This document shows positions 8,318-17,424 of a stretch of 64,000 nucleotides of DNA, in pieces. The stretch covers positions 898-64,897 of the forward strand of contig WFXO01000033.1 of NCBI GenBank assembly GCA_015490555.1. Reading direction: 5' to 3'. Within the stretch, counting starts at the first letter, position 1, and each line of letters opens with the position of its first letter. The translations under genes were made by a program, and so were the position numbers. The stretch comes from a candidate division WOR-3 bacterium. Its GTDB lineage: Bacteria > Hydrothermota > Hydrothermia > WGAB01. The notes under the pieces are model-generated. The model did no database searches, was not told the origin of the DNA, and worked only from the letters and a program-made list of their open reading frames with translations.

Positions 8318-9673
8318 ATGTCAATTCAACGCGTTCACCCGCTGAAACTGCTAATTGGAGGTTATGTCCTTGTCATTCTTGTCGGGGCGGTCTTGCTTCT
8401 TTTGCCATGGATGCGGACCGGTCCCCTCCATCCCCTGGATGCACTGTTTACGGCTGCTTCCGCGGTCTGCGTCACAGGCCTTATCGTGAAAGATACCGCT
8501 ACATTCTTCACCCCCTTAGGGAAGGCTGTGATCTTGTTACTCATCCAAATCGGCGGGCTCGGGTACATGACCTTTGCAACCATCCTCCTGTTCTTTCTGA
8601 AGAGCCGTGGAAGTTTAACTCTCCGTATGACCATGGCGGAATCCTTCCCGGAACTCACACTGGGCCGGATCTTCGTCTTTGCGAAACGTGTTCTCATGCT
8701 GACCCTCTTCTTTGAAGGGATCGGCTGGCTTTTTCTTTCCTTTGATTTTTGGAAAAGCGGGATGGCCCTGGGGACAGCCATGGGGCGGGGCCTCTTTGTT
8801 GCCATTTCTGCCTTCTGCAATGCTGGATTCGCTCCATTTTCGGACAGCCTGTCATCTTTTCGGGTCCACCCTCTGGTCATCCTCACGGTGGTGGTCCTCA
8901 TCGTTGCCGGTGGACTGGGGTTTGTCGTCCATGAAGACCTCTATTTCACTTGGTACCGAAAGACCAAACGGAAACTTTATCTCCACAGCCGTGTGGTCCT
9001 GATGGTCAGTGCTTTTCTTATCGGTTTAGGAACCCTCTGGCTTTTGGGGGTCGATCTTGCCTCCATGGAACAGCTTCGCCTTTTAGATCGAGTCACCAAT
9101 GCACTCTTTATGAGTGTGACTCCCCGCACCGCCGGTTTTAATACCCTCCCGATTTCCTCCTTCTCCACGGCATCTGTCCTGTTGCTCATTGTATTCATGA
9201 TGATTGGAGGATCTCCCGGAGGAACCGCGGGGGGGCTTAAAACCACCACCATCACCGGTCTGTATCTTTGGGCAATTTCTTTAGTCAAGGGGAAAACGCG
9301 CCCCCATGTCGGTGGCTATTCTCTCCCTCAGGAGGCACTTCATCGTGCTTTAGTGATCACCGTGTTAGGAGGAACAACCGTCCTCTTTGCTACGTTCCTT
9401 CTCTCGCTGACAGAGGCGACCCTGGTTCAGACCTCGGGGTTCCTCCCCCTTCTTTTTGAAGTGGTCTCTGCTTTTGGGACCGTGGGGTTGTCTTTTGGGT
9501 CTTTGATACAACCTACAGTAAGCCTGGTTCATGACTTTTCCGCTTTTGGGAAAGGGATTATCATATTGACCATGTTGGTGGGGAGGGTGGGGGTGTTGTC
9601 CTTTACGGCGTTTTTGATCCAACGGAAACGCGAACCAATTTCATACATCGAAGGCCGTTTTATCGTGGGATAA
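8318..9673 (+). CDS. ktrB: Potassium transporter membrane subunit (TrkH/KtrB family)
   Basis: Multipass membrane protein with repeated selectivity-filter-like glycines, including the hallmark MIGGSPGGTAGGLKTTT. Confidence 0.85.
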   Translation: MSIQRVHPLKLLIGGYVLVILVGAVLLLLPWMRTGPLHPLDALFTAASAVCVTGLIVKDTATFFTPLGKAVILLLIQIGGLGYMTFATILLFFLKSRGSLTLRMTMAESFPELTLGRIFVFAKRVLMLTLFFEGIGWLFLSFDFWKSGMALGTAMGRGLFVAISAFCNAGFAPFSDSLSSFRVHPLVILTVVVLIVAGGLGFVVHEDLYFTWYRKTKRKLYLHSRVVLMVSAFLIGLGTLWLLGVDLASMEQLRLLDRVTNALFMSVTPRTAGFNTLPISSFSTASVLLLIVFMMIGGSPGGTAGGLKTTTITGLYLWAISLVKGKTRPHVGGYSLPQEALHRALVITVLGGTTVLFATFLLSLTEATLVQTSGFLPLLFEVVSAFGTVGLSFGSLIQPTVSLVHDFSAFGKGIIILTMLVGRVGVLSFTAFLIQRKREPISYIEGRFIVG

Positions 9674-9674
9674 C

Positions 9675-10361
9675 ATGCAATTCTGTGTCATTGGATTAGG
9701 AAGATTTGGAGCGACCGTAGCAGTGACCCTCGCGGAGATGGGCCACGAGGTTCTGGCCATTGATCGCGACGAAAATCGTGTGATGGAAATTGATGAGAAG
9801 GTGACCCATACGGCAGTTCTGGATGCGACGCAAGAGCGTGCGCTTCAACAACTGGGTCTGGATAAGTTCGACTGGGTGATTGTGGCGATGAAACGACTCG
9901 AGGATTCCATTCTCGTGACCCTTCTCCTGAAAGGGTTGGGTGTGAAACACGTGGTCGCAAAAGCGAACTCCGAGGCCCATGCAGCCATTCTGAAAAAGAT
10001 TGGGGCTGACCGTGTGGTCTTTCCGGAACGGGAGATGGGAGTCCGTCTCGCAAGGAGTTTGACTTCCCCGATGGTCTTTGATTATCTGGAACTCCCGGGC
10101 GATTTTTCGATTGTGGAGTTTGCGGCCCCCAAGGCCTTTGTGGGGCAGTCGCTGAAAACCTTAGACATCCGAAGAAAACATGGGGTGAATGTCATCGCGA
10201 TCCGTCGAAAGGAACCGGAAGTGGTAGAAGGGGGGGAACTCTCGATCCGTGAGCGAACCATTGTCGCACCTGGTGCCGAGGAGGAAATTCAAGACGGGGA
10301 CATTCTGGTGATTCTCGGAAAGACCCAAGACATTGAGAAACTAAAGGATCAATATGAGTGA
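9675..10361 (+). CDS. ktrA: Potassium uptake regulatory subunit (TrkA/KtrA, RCK_N + RCK_C)
   Basis: Rossmann motif IGLGRFG followed by an RCK C-terminal domain. It starts 2 nt after the ktrB stop. Confidence 0.85.
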   Translation: MQFCVIGLGRFGATVAVTLAEMGHEVLAIDRDENRVMEIDEKVTHTAVLDATQERALQQLGLDKFDWVIVAMKRLEDSILVTLLLKGLGVKHVVAKANSEAHAAILKKIGADRVVFPEREMGVRLARSLTSPMVFDYLELPGDFSIVEFAAPKAFVGQSLKTLDIRRKHGVNVIAIRRKEPEVVEGGELSIRERTIVAPGAEEEIQDGDILVILGKTQDIEKLKDQYE

Positions 10362-10620
10362 CGAACGCACCTTAGAGTCCCAACTGGAAGAGGCCAAGTT
10401 TTATCTGCTGAATCAGAATTATTCAGAGGCCGAGCGGCTTCTTCAGCAACTGGTCAAAGAACATCCCCAATGTGCAGAGGGGCATTATCTTCTAGGCCTG
10501 GTGTACGAACTTCAAAACCAGATGGACCAGGCCAAGGAGTGTTACGAAAAGGCGTTAGCATTGAAGCCGGACTATCGAGAAGCGCAGGAACACCTCGACA
10601 AGATCGTCGAGATCTTTTGA
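10354..10620 (+). CDS. Small TPR-repeat protein
   Basis: 88 aa with two TPR-like units (AEGHYLLGLVYELQNQMDQAKECYEKALALKPDY). Its start overlaps the ktrA stop (ATGAGTGA), suggesting translational coupling. Confidence 0.5.
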   Translation: MSDERTLESQLEEAKFYLLNQNYSEAERLLQQLVKEHPQCAEGHYLLGLVYELQNQMDQAKECYEKALALKPDYREAQEHLDKIVEIF

Positions 10621-10630
10621 CCGTGAAGTC

Positions 10631-11782
10631 GTGAAAAGCCCGCGGCCCATGGAGACCCCTTCCATGATCCACCAAGAAGGTGCTGTGAAATTCATTCCAC
10701 CCCCTCCTAAGGTCTTTTTTCGGGAACGAGCGCGGTTAGCACGGGATCTGGGTGTTTTGGGGATTCGTGCGATGGCGTTCTCCGAGCCCATTCTCGTTGC
10801 GGAAACGTTTGCAGGCACAGGGATTCGCTCTCTTCGATATTTACGTGAAGTGCCCAATGTCGAACATGCCTATCTTAATGATCTCAACAGTGAAGCCCTA
10901 CAAACGATTGAAAAGAATGCGCGTCTGAATCGTCTGGAGGACCGGATCACGACCTTTCGTCTCGAAGCCAACAACTTTCATTATACCCTTAAGACCCAAG
11001 AGATCTTTCCCCATGTGCTGGATCTTGATGCCTTTGGTTCCCCGGTGCCGTTTTTGGACTCCGCCTTCCATGCGGTTCGAGAGGGGGGTGTTTTGTATGT
11101 GACCGCAACGGACCTTCCCGCTCTCTGTGGTGTAGACCCGCGGAGTGCATTCAACCATTACGGAGTCCTCACGATGCAGAACTGGTTTTGTCATGAGACA
11201 GCGGCCCGGATTCTAACCCGGGCGGTGATCCGGGCAGGTGCACGACGCAAATTTCAAGCAGCGCCTTTGTTTGTGATGTTCGATGGCTTGGCATTACGCG
11301 GCTTTTTCCAAGTGGTCCATGGCCGTTATGATCTTGACCCCGAACAAGAGGGGTTCCTCTCCTTTTGTCCACAGTGTTGGGAAGTCCGAGCCATTCCGAT
11401 GAAGCAGTGTTGCCCCCGGCAATGCAGTCAAGGGCATCCCGTAGAACTCGCCGGCCCCTTGTGGCTTGGGGAACTCCACAATCCAGACTTTTTAGAAAGG
11501 ATGCGATCAGAATTCCCCAGAGTAGCCCACTGGCTTCAGATTGAGCGGGTTGCTTTTTTCCTGGATCGAATGCGTGAGGAGGTCGGCATGCCCCCCTTTT
11601 TCTACCGTTTAGACCGCGTCTCAAAGCGACTGAAGATCTCGCCCCCAAAGGTTTCAGAAGTCATTCGAGCGCTCAAAGACCGGGGCTATCCCGCAGCATG
11701 GACTCATTTCCATACCAATGCCTTCAAAACCACCGCCCCCCTTCCGGTGGTTTTTGATACGGTCCGCGCCCTTGCCCACTAA
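10631..11782 (+). CDS. trm1: tRNA (guanine26-N2)-dimethyltransferase Trm1
   Basis: Shares block-by-block similarity with Aquifex and archaeal Trm1: VFFRERARLARDL (the VFYNP..NRDL block), GTGIRSLRYLREVP..AYLNDLNSEA, LDLDAFGSPVPFLDSA, YVTATDLPALCG, and a C-terminal Cys cluster CPQCW...CPRQC. The real start may be the internal MIHQEG. Confidence 0.8.
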   Translation: MKSPRPMETPSMIHQEGAVKFIPPPPKVFFRERARLARDLGVLGIRAMAFSEPILVAETFAGTGIRSLRYLREVPNVEHAYLNDLNSEALQTIEKNARLNRLEDRITTFRLEANNFHYTLKTQEIFPHVLDLDAFGSPVPFLDSAFHAVREGGVLYVTATDLPALCGVDPRSAFNHYGVLTMQNWFCHETAARILTRAVIRAGARRKFQAAPLFVMFDGLALRGFFQVVHGRYDLDPEQEGFLSFCPQCWEVRAIPMKQCCPRQCSQGHPVELAGPLWLGELHNPDFLERMRSEFPRVAHWLQIERVAFFLDRMREEVGMPPFFYRLDRVSKRLKISPPKVSEVIRALKDRGYPAAWTHFHTNAFKTTAPLPVVFDTVRALAH

Positions 11783-11814
11783 AAGAAGACCGGTCTTTTA
11801 AGGTCCACTGACGA

Positions 11815-11838
11815 GCCCTCAACAGGGGCCTTTTTCTC
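11815..11838 (+). terminator. Candidate intrinsic terminator downstream of trm1
   Basis: GCCCTcaacaGGGGC stem (5 bp including one G-U pair) followed by CTTTTTCTC. A second AAGACC/GGTCTT palindrome sits right after the stop codon at 11783-11797. Confidence 0.35.
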
Positions 11839-11898
11839 GCTCTGAAGTCAGTTCGGTATTTGCTTGATGGTCTCATGGGCACCCCATAAAATTCCGGT

Positions 11899-12804
11899 AT
11901 GGTGTGGGTCTTCCTTGGGCTGTGTAGCCTATTTTCTGCAACACCGGAGCCAAAGTTTGAGGCCGGACACCTCGAAATCCTCCAAAAGGGTCAAGAGAGT
12001 GTCATGCATTTCTCTCAAGGAGTGACGGTCTGGATGGAGGGTGCGATTGTCCGCGCTTTAGAAGCCTTTTATACCGAGTCCACGGGAAAAGGCTACCTGG
12101 CTCATGGGGTGGAAATGGTTCTGGACTCCGGTCGGGTGACCAGTGACACCCTGTTTTTTGATGAGAATTCCGAAGAACTCTTCTTTGTGGGTCGAGTCCA
12201 CTGGGTCGACTCGACCCGGGAGGTCTTTGTGGACCGTGCTCGTGAACGTTCTGATACGGTCTTTGCAGGGGGAAATCTCCGGATCTGGATGCCGAAACCA
12301 CGCATCCAGATTCTGGGGGATACAGCCCTTTATGCGGTCCAATCTGCCTGGGCAAAGGTTTGGGGACATGCCTTTATGACCCTTTTCCGTGAAGATACCA
12401 TTCAGATTGTGGCGGATACATTTCGGCTGGAGGAGGATCTCGTCCAGGCTGCGGGTCCGGTCCGGATCACAGGCCGAAACCTTCTGGGGCATGCCCAGTT
12501 TGCTTGGATTCAGAAGAATCGGATCCATCTCATCGAGGATGCATCGTTGATTTGGGACCAGGGAAGCCTGACCGGCGATACCTTAGTTTTAGAAGAACTT
12601 TCCGACTCAAGTTATCGGGTCATTGCGAAGCAAAGTAGCCAACTTACCGCCCAGGAAGATCAGAATTCCCTGACCCTTACTGCTCAGTGGATCCTGCTGG
12701 AATTTGTGAACGATTCTCTGGAAACTGTCCGGGCTCAAAACATTCAGGAAGGTCGCTATGAAGAACGACTTCAATCGAAAGACAAGGGTCCTTCGGGTTC
12801 GTGA
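11899..12804 (+). CDS. Putative periplasmic LptA/LptC (OstA-like) family protein
   Basis: Signal-peptide-like N-terminus and a beta-rich sequence. It lies immediately upstream of, and overlaps, lptB in the conserved lptC/lptA-lptB-rpoN arrangement. The assignment rests on position plus composition only. Confidence 0.35.
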   Translation: MVWVFLGLCSLFSATPEPKFEAGHLEILQKGQESVMHFSQGVTVWMEGAIVRALEAFYTESTGKGYLAHGVEMVLDSGRVTSDTLFFDENSEELFFVGRVHWVDSTREVFVDRARERSDTVFAGGNLRIWMPKPRIQILGDTALYAVQSAWAKVWGHAFMTLFREDTIQIVADTFRLEEDLVQAAGPVRITGRNLLGHAQFAWIQKNRIHLIEDASLIWDQGSLTGDTLVLEELSDSSYRVIAKQSSQLTAQEDQNSLTLTAQWILLEFVNDSLETVRAQNIQEGRYEERLQSKDKGPSGS

Positions 12805-13504
12805 TCTTGTCAAGATTTATGGGGACCGGCGCGTTGTAGACGGTGTCTCACTCCAGGTTCGTTCTGGGGAAGTGGTCGGGCTTCTGGGGCCGAACGGTGC
12901 AGGGAAAACGACCACCTTTTATATGATCATTGGTGTGGTGAGACCCAATGCAGGGGCCATCGACCTGGACGGTCAAGACATCACCCGGATGCCCATGTAT
13001 AAACGGGCACGGGCCGGCCTGGGGTATCTCTCCCAGGAGAGTTCAATTTTTCGCAAACTCACGGTATTCCAAAACATCATGGCCGTGTTAGAAATGCGAG
13101 GAGTTCCAAAAGATGAGGCGATCCAACGGACAGAGGAAGCCTTGGCCATGCTGAGAGTGGCGCATCTTCGCGACCAGCGAGCAGATCGGCTTTCCGGTGG
13201 GGAGCGACGTCGTGTTGAGATTGCGCGGGCATTGGTTCTCCGTCCTGCTTTTTTACTCCTGGACGAGCCTTTCACCGGGATTGATCCCAAAACCCGGGAG
13301 GAAATCCAGGACATCATCCGTCAATTGGCCAATCTGGGAATCGGCATCCTGATTACAGACCACAATGTCCGGGAGACATTGGAGATCACGGACCGAGCCT
13401 ATATCATTTACGAAGGACGCATCTTGATTGAGGGCACATCCAAAGAACTGGTCGAAAATCCTGAAGCACGTCAAATTTATTTGGGTGAGAGGTTTCGGTT
13501 ATGA
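12758..13504 (+). CDS. lptB: LPS export ABC transporter ATP-binding protein LptB
   Basis: Walker A GPNGAGKTTTF, ABC signature LSGGERRRVEIARAL, Walker B LLLDEP. The conserved lptB-rpoN adjacency supports the call. Confidence 0.85.
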   Translation: MKNDFNRKTRVLRVRDLVKIYGDRRVVDGVSLQVRSGEVVGLLGPNGAGKTTTFYMIIGVVRPNAGAIDLDGQDITRMPMYKRARAGLGYLSQESSIFRKLTVFQNIMAVLEMRGVPKDEAIQRTEEALAMLRVAHLRDQRADRLSGGERRRVEIARALVLRPAFLLLDEPFTGIDPKTREEIQDIIRQLANLGIGILITDHNVRETLEITDRAYIIYEGRILIEGTSKELVENPEARQIYLGERFRL

Positions 13505-14886
13505 GACTGGACATACGGCAAACCCCCAGCCTTCGACTCCGTCCTCTGCTTCTTCCGAGGATCCGATTGGAAGTAGAACTCCTCCAACTCCCGATTTTAG
13601 AACTCTCTCAACGGATCCAACAGGAACTCGAAAAGAATCCATGCTTGGAGGAAGACCGAAGTGTCCAGGAAGCCTCGCCGGAGGAGACCAAACAACGTGA
13701 ATTGGAAGAGGTCCGAAGACTCTTAGAACTCGGTGGAGACTCCGTTCCCATCCCTTATGGAGAACCCGAAGAGGAAGAAGAAACGGTTCCTGTTTACGAG
13801 TCAAAACCCCTGGGATTCTGGCAGCGGATTGAGGTCCAACTCCACAGTTATTTTGCTCCAGAAAGCCAGGAACGCAAGATCGCAGAGGCCCTGGTGGAGG
13901 CCCTGGATGGATTAGGATTTTTGGCAGAGCCGGTAGAAACTATTGCAGAACGGCTTGGAGTCTCTCCTGAGGACGTAGAACAGGTCCGCCAAGAAATTCT
14001 CCGGGAATGGGATCCGGAAGGCATCGCAGCACTCGATCAACGTGAACTTCTCCTGATTCAACTGGAGTCTCTCGGGTACCGCGATACCCTTGCGTGGAAG
14101 ATTATCCACAACCATTGGGATGTCCTCAGCAAGGAAGGGTGGGAAGGGGTTCAAAAGGTCTTGAATGTTCCTCGAAGCGAGATCGAGTCGGCACAGCATT
14201 TGGTGTCGCTTCTTTACTCTTCCCCATCAGAGAAATATGCGGTTGATCCGACCTCGGCCTACATTGTACCCGAAGTCTACTTTCGGCTGATCGAGGGGCG
14301 AATTGTGGTTGAGTTGGAGGAGTCAGGAGTTCCCAGGCTCCGGTTGAGTCGGAGGTATATGGCCCTACTCAACAGTGAGTCCACAGACGAAAAGACCAAA
14401 AAGTTCATCATTCAGCAGGTCAAACGTGCCGAAGAATTTCTGGCGGCCCTTGATAAACGCCGTCAGAACATCCGGAAGGTTGCCGAACTGATTGCGGAGT
14501 GGCACGAAGATTTCTTGAAAGGTAAAACGATTGATCTCAAACCGTTGACGCAGACAGAGGCAGCCCAACGGCTGGAGATTCCGGTCTCCACATTGAATCG
14601 AGTGGTCAAAGGGCGGTATGCGGAGACTCCTGTTGGCCTTTTTGAACTCCGGTTCTTCTTCCAACGAGGCGCCGGCGGTTCCAGTGAAATCTCTTTAGAC
14701 AAAACCCTTCATCTCATCCAGGAAATTATCGAAAACGAAGACCCAGAAAGACCCTACACCGACGACGAAATTCGGCAGATTCTGAAACGAAAATACGGGG
14801 TGATCCTCTCGCGGAGGTCTGTGGCGATCAAGCGAGCCAGTTTGGGCATCCCGAACTCCAACAAGCGCCGAAAGCGCTCTTCCTAA
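13501..14886 (+). CDS. rpoN: RNA polymerase sigma-54 factor
   Basis: Gln/Leu-rich region I (LRLRPLLLPRIRLEVELLQLP), a core-binding region, and a C-terminal RpoN box (SRRSVAIKRASLGIP). Its ATG overlaps the lptB stop. Confidence 0.85.
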   Translation: MRLDIRQTPSLRLRPLLLPRIRLEVELLQLPILELSQRIQQELEKNPCLEEDRSVQEASPEETKQRELEEVRRLLELGGDSVPIPYGEPEEEEETVPVYESKPLGFWQRIEVQLHSYFAPESQERKIAEALVEALDGLGFLAEPVETIAERLGVSPEDVEQVRQEILREWDPEGIAALDQRELLLIQLESLGYRDTLAWKIIHNHWDVLSKEGWEGVQKVLNVPRSEIESAQHLVSLLYSSPSEKYAVDPTSAYIVPEVYFRLIEGRIVVELEESGVPRLRLSRRYMALLNSESTDEKTKKFIIQQVKRAEEFLAALDKRRQNIRKVAELIAEWHEDFLKGKTIDLKPLTQTEAAQRLEIPVSTLNRVVKGRYAETPVGLFELRFFFQRGAGGSSEISLDKTLHLIQEIIENEDPERPYTDDEIRQILKRKYGVILSRRSVAIKRASLGIPNSNKRRKRSS

Positions 14887-14973
14887 GCCGTATGGAGTAT
14901 CCACTGCGAAGATCATTGCAGACCCAAAGCTTCCGAGGCTTGGAACCCCTCAAGACATAAGCAACCTCCACCC

Positions 14974-16179
14974 TTGGACTTCTTTTATCGCGTTCTTCAG
15001 GGGCTTTTCAAGCGATTCCTTCCGGTTTGGACACCGGAGAAGAGCAGTGGTATTTGGATTCATGCTGCGTCTGTTGGGGAAGTCCATGTTGCATACAGTC
15101 TGGTTCACGCAATTCGGGGAGCCTGGCCAGATCTCCCGTTGCTGATCACGGTCTTCACCCCAACGGGATCCCGCAGGGCAACCGAACTCTTCGAGTCCAT
15201 GCCAGAGGTGGAAGTCCATCGTTTCCCCGGGGACGATCTTCAGAGGCTGGAGCCTGTGTTTACCTACTTTCAGCCAAAGATGCTCATTTTGATTGAGGCC
15301 GAACTCTGGCCGATGCTTTTGAAGACCGCACATCAAAAGAGGGTCCCAGTGTTTATAGTGAATGCCCGGCTCACCCCTTCTGCATTTCGGCGGTATCGTC
15401 TCCTGGGACAATGGTTTTCTGCCCATCTTTCGGCAATCACCTGGGTTTTGGCTCAAAGTCTCCCGGATGCAGAGCGGTTCCACCGCCTCGGCATCCCGCG
15501 TGAGCGGATTCGGGTGGTAGGGAACCTCAAATTTGACTTAGCGGGTCGACCTCGTAAAAGCCTCCAAAGGAAAGATCTGGGCCTCACTCCAGAAGACTTC
15601 GTGGTGGTTTTTGGAAGCCTTCGGTCCAGAGAGGAGGATCTGATTTTGGAGGCCCTTACAACATTCTTGCGTCCCGGTGTAAAATTTATCCTCGCGCCCA
15701 GGCACTTAGATCGGGTTCGTCCCTTGATTCAGAAACTTCAGGCCCGAGGGTGGCCTGTGCGGCTTCGGCAACCGGATCCTGCGATTCCAACAACGGAGGA
15801 GGCCAAGATCGTGATTTTGAACACCTTGGGAGAACTGTGGGATGTCTATGCACTGGGGGATGTGGCGGTGGTTGGGGGAACCTTCGCCCCGTATGGCGGA
15901 CACAGCCTCTTGGAGCCAGCATTTCACGGGCTTCCTGTGGTTTTTGGCCCTTACATTGAAAACGTTCAAGAGGTAGCCAAGGGGCTTCTCCAAGGGGGAG
16001 GTGGCATCCAAGTCCAAAGGCCAAACACTCTCGTGAAGGTTCTGGACCATCTGTTCCGTGATCAAGAAACGCGGAAGAGCATCGGGACTCGTGCCAGGCG
16101 TTTTGTCGAACAACATCAGGGTGCCACCCAACGGGTTTTGACCTATTTGAAGCCTTGGCTTGAGCACCATGACCGGTAG
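14974..16179 (+). CDS. waaA: 3-deoxy-D-manno-octulosonic acid (Kdo) transferase
   Basis: IWIHAASVGE signature near the N-terminus and a GT-B C-terminal half (GGTF...GGHSLLEP). TTG start. Confidence 0.85.
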   Translation: MDFFYRVLQGLFKRFLPVWTPEKSSGIWIHAASVGEVHVAYSLVHAIRGAWPDLPLLITVFTPTGSRRATELFESMPEVEVHRFPGDDLQRLEPVFTYFQPKMLILIEAELWPMLLKTAHQKRVPVFIVNARLTPSAFRRYRLLGQWFSAHLSAITWVLAQSLPDAERFHRLGIPRERIRVVGNLKFDLAGRPRKSLQRKDLGLTPEDFVVVFGSLRSREEDLILEALTTFLRPGVKFILAPRHLDRVRPLIQKLQARGWPVRLRQPDPAIPTTEEAKIVILNTLGELWDVYALGDVAVVGGTFAPYGGHSLLEPAFHGLPVVFGPYIENVQEVAKGLLQGGGGIQVQRPNTLVKVLDHLFRDQETRKSIGTRARRFVEQHQGATQRVLTYLKPWLEHHDR

Positions 16180-16852
16180 CCTTTACGTAGTTGCAGTCCC
16201 AATCGGGAACCTGGGAGATATCACCCAGAGGGCCCTCGAGACACTCCGGGCCGTGGATGTCATCCTTTGTGAAGACACACGGAACACACGAAAACTCCTG
16301 TCACATTTCGGCATCCAAAAACCCTTGAAGTCTTATCATGAGCACAACGAAAGGCAGCGAGCCCCCGAGGTGTTGAAGTGGCTACAACAGGGGCAGCAGG
16401 TGGCGTTGGTCTCCGATGCCGGGGTCCCCTGCATCTCCGATCCTGGTTACCGGCTCGTTCGACTGGCGCGGACACACGGGATTCCGGTGATCCCAATCCC
16501 CGGGGTTTCCGCGGTCACGGCAGCCCTTTCGGTTGCAGGATTGCCGACGGACCGGTTCGTTTTTGAAGGCTTTTTGCCGAAGAAACCCGGAAAACTCAGG
16601 ACCAGGCTGGAGGAACTTAAGCAAGAGGACCGAACATTGGTCCTTTTTGAGTCGGTGCACCGGATTCAAAAGACGTTACAGGCGATCCAAGAAATCTTTG
16701 GGGATATCGAGATTTTCGTCGCACGGGAGATGACCAAGTTGCACGAGTCCTATTATTTCGGCAAAATTTCGGACCTCCTGTCACAAATCACTTGGAAAGG
16801 GGAGTTTGTGTTGGTCATCCCAGGGAGGAAATTCCGTGAAAGTACAACTTAG
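16160..16852 (+). CDS. rsmI: 16S rRNA (cytidine1402-2'-O)-methyltransferase
   Basis: LYVVAVPIGNLGDIT..RA...L..VD.ILCEDTR is the RsmI N-terminal signature. It overlaps the waaA stop by 20 nt. Confidence 0.85.
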   Translation: MSTMTGSLYVVAVPIGNLGDITQRALETLRAVDVILCEDTRNTRKLLSHFGIQKPLKSYHEHNERQRAPEVLKWLQQGQQVALVSDAGVPCISDPGYRLVRLARTHGIPVIPIPGVSAVTAALSVAGLPTDRFVFEGFLPKKPGKLRTRLEELKQEDRTLVLFESVHRIQKTLQAIQEIFGDIEIFVAREMTKLHESYYFGKISDLLSQITWKGEFVLVIPGRKFRESTT

Positions 16853-17408
16853 AGGACGGGCACTTTTTCAACCTCTGGTGGACTGGATGGCCCGCCAAGG
16901 GGTACATCCCAATGTCCTCACCGTGGCGGGTCTGTTCCTGATGCTTCTTCCGACCTGGCTCATCGTCCAGGGACACTTCTTCTGGGGAGCCATCGCACTG
17001 AGTGCCGTGATCACTACGGACTTTCTTGATGGACAACTGGCCCGGACCAGTGGGAAGACCACCAAGTTCGGCGCGTTCCTGGATTCGACATTAGACAGGA
17101 TCTCGGAGTTTTTGTTGATCGGTGGATACCTTTTGTATTTCCGGGGTGATCCTCGGACACAGGTCTGGCTTTATCTCTTTTTGCTCTGTTCCATCTTGGT
17201 GAGTTATGTTCGGGCGAGGGGAGAAGGACTTGGGGTTTCCGTCCAGGTGGGCCCAATGAACCGGCCCGGAAGATTGTTTACCCTGGTGGTGCTCACCCTC
17301 CTCGGCCCAAAGGTCTTTGCTCTCCTTTTACCTTATGTCACGTTTCTTGTGGCATTTACCGTTGTGAGGCGGAGTACAGAACTTTATAATTCCCTTAAAA
17401 ATCGATAA
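16836..17408 (+). CDS. CDP-alcohol phosphatidyltransferase (putative phosphatidylinositol-phosphate synthase)
   Basis: D-G-x2-A-R-x8-G-x3-D-x3-D motif ([30 protein letters not shown]) and 5-6 transmembrane helices. I chose the GTG at 16836, which has GGAGGAA 6 nt upstream, over the TTG at 16806. It sits 17 nt upstream of the inositol-3-phosphate synthase gene. Confidence 0.7.
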   Translation: MKVQLRGRALFQPLVDWMARQGVHPNVLTVAGLFLMLLPTWLIVQGHFFWGAIALSAVITTDFLDGQLARTSGKTTKFGAFLDSTLDRISEFLLIGGYLLYFRGDPRTQVWLYLFLLCSILVSYVRARGEGLGVSVQVGPMNRPGRLFTLVVLTLLGPKVFALLLPYVTFLVAFTVVRRSTELYNSLKNR

Positions 17409-17424
17409 GAAGGAGGAAACGTCC

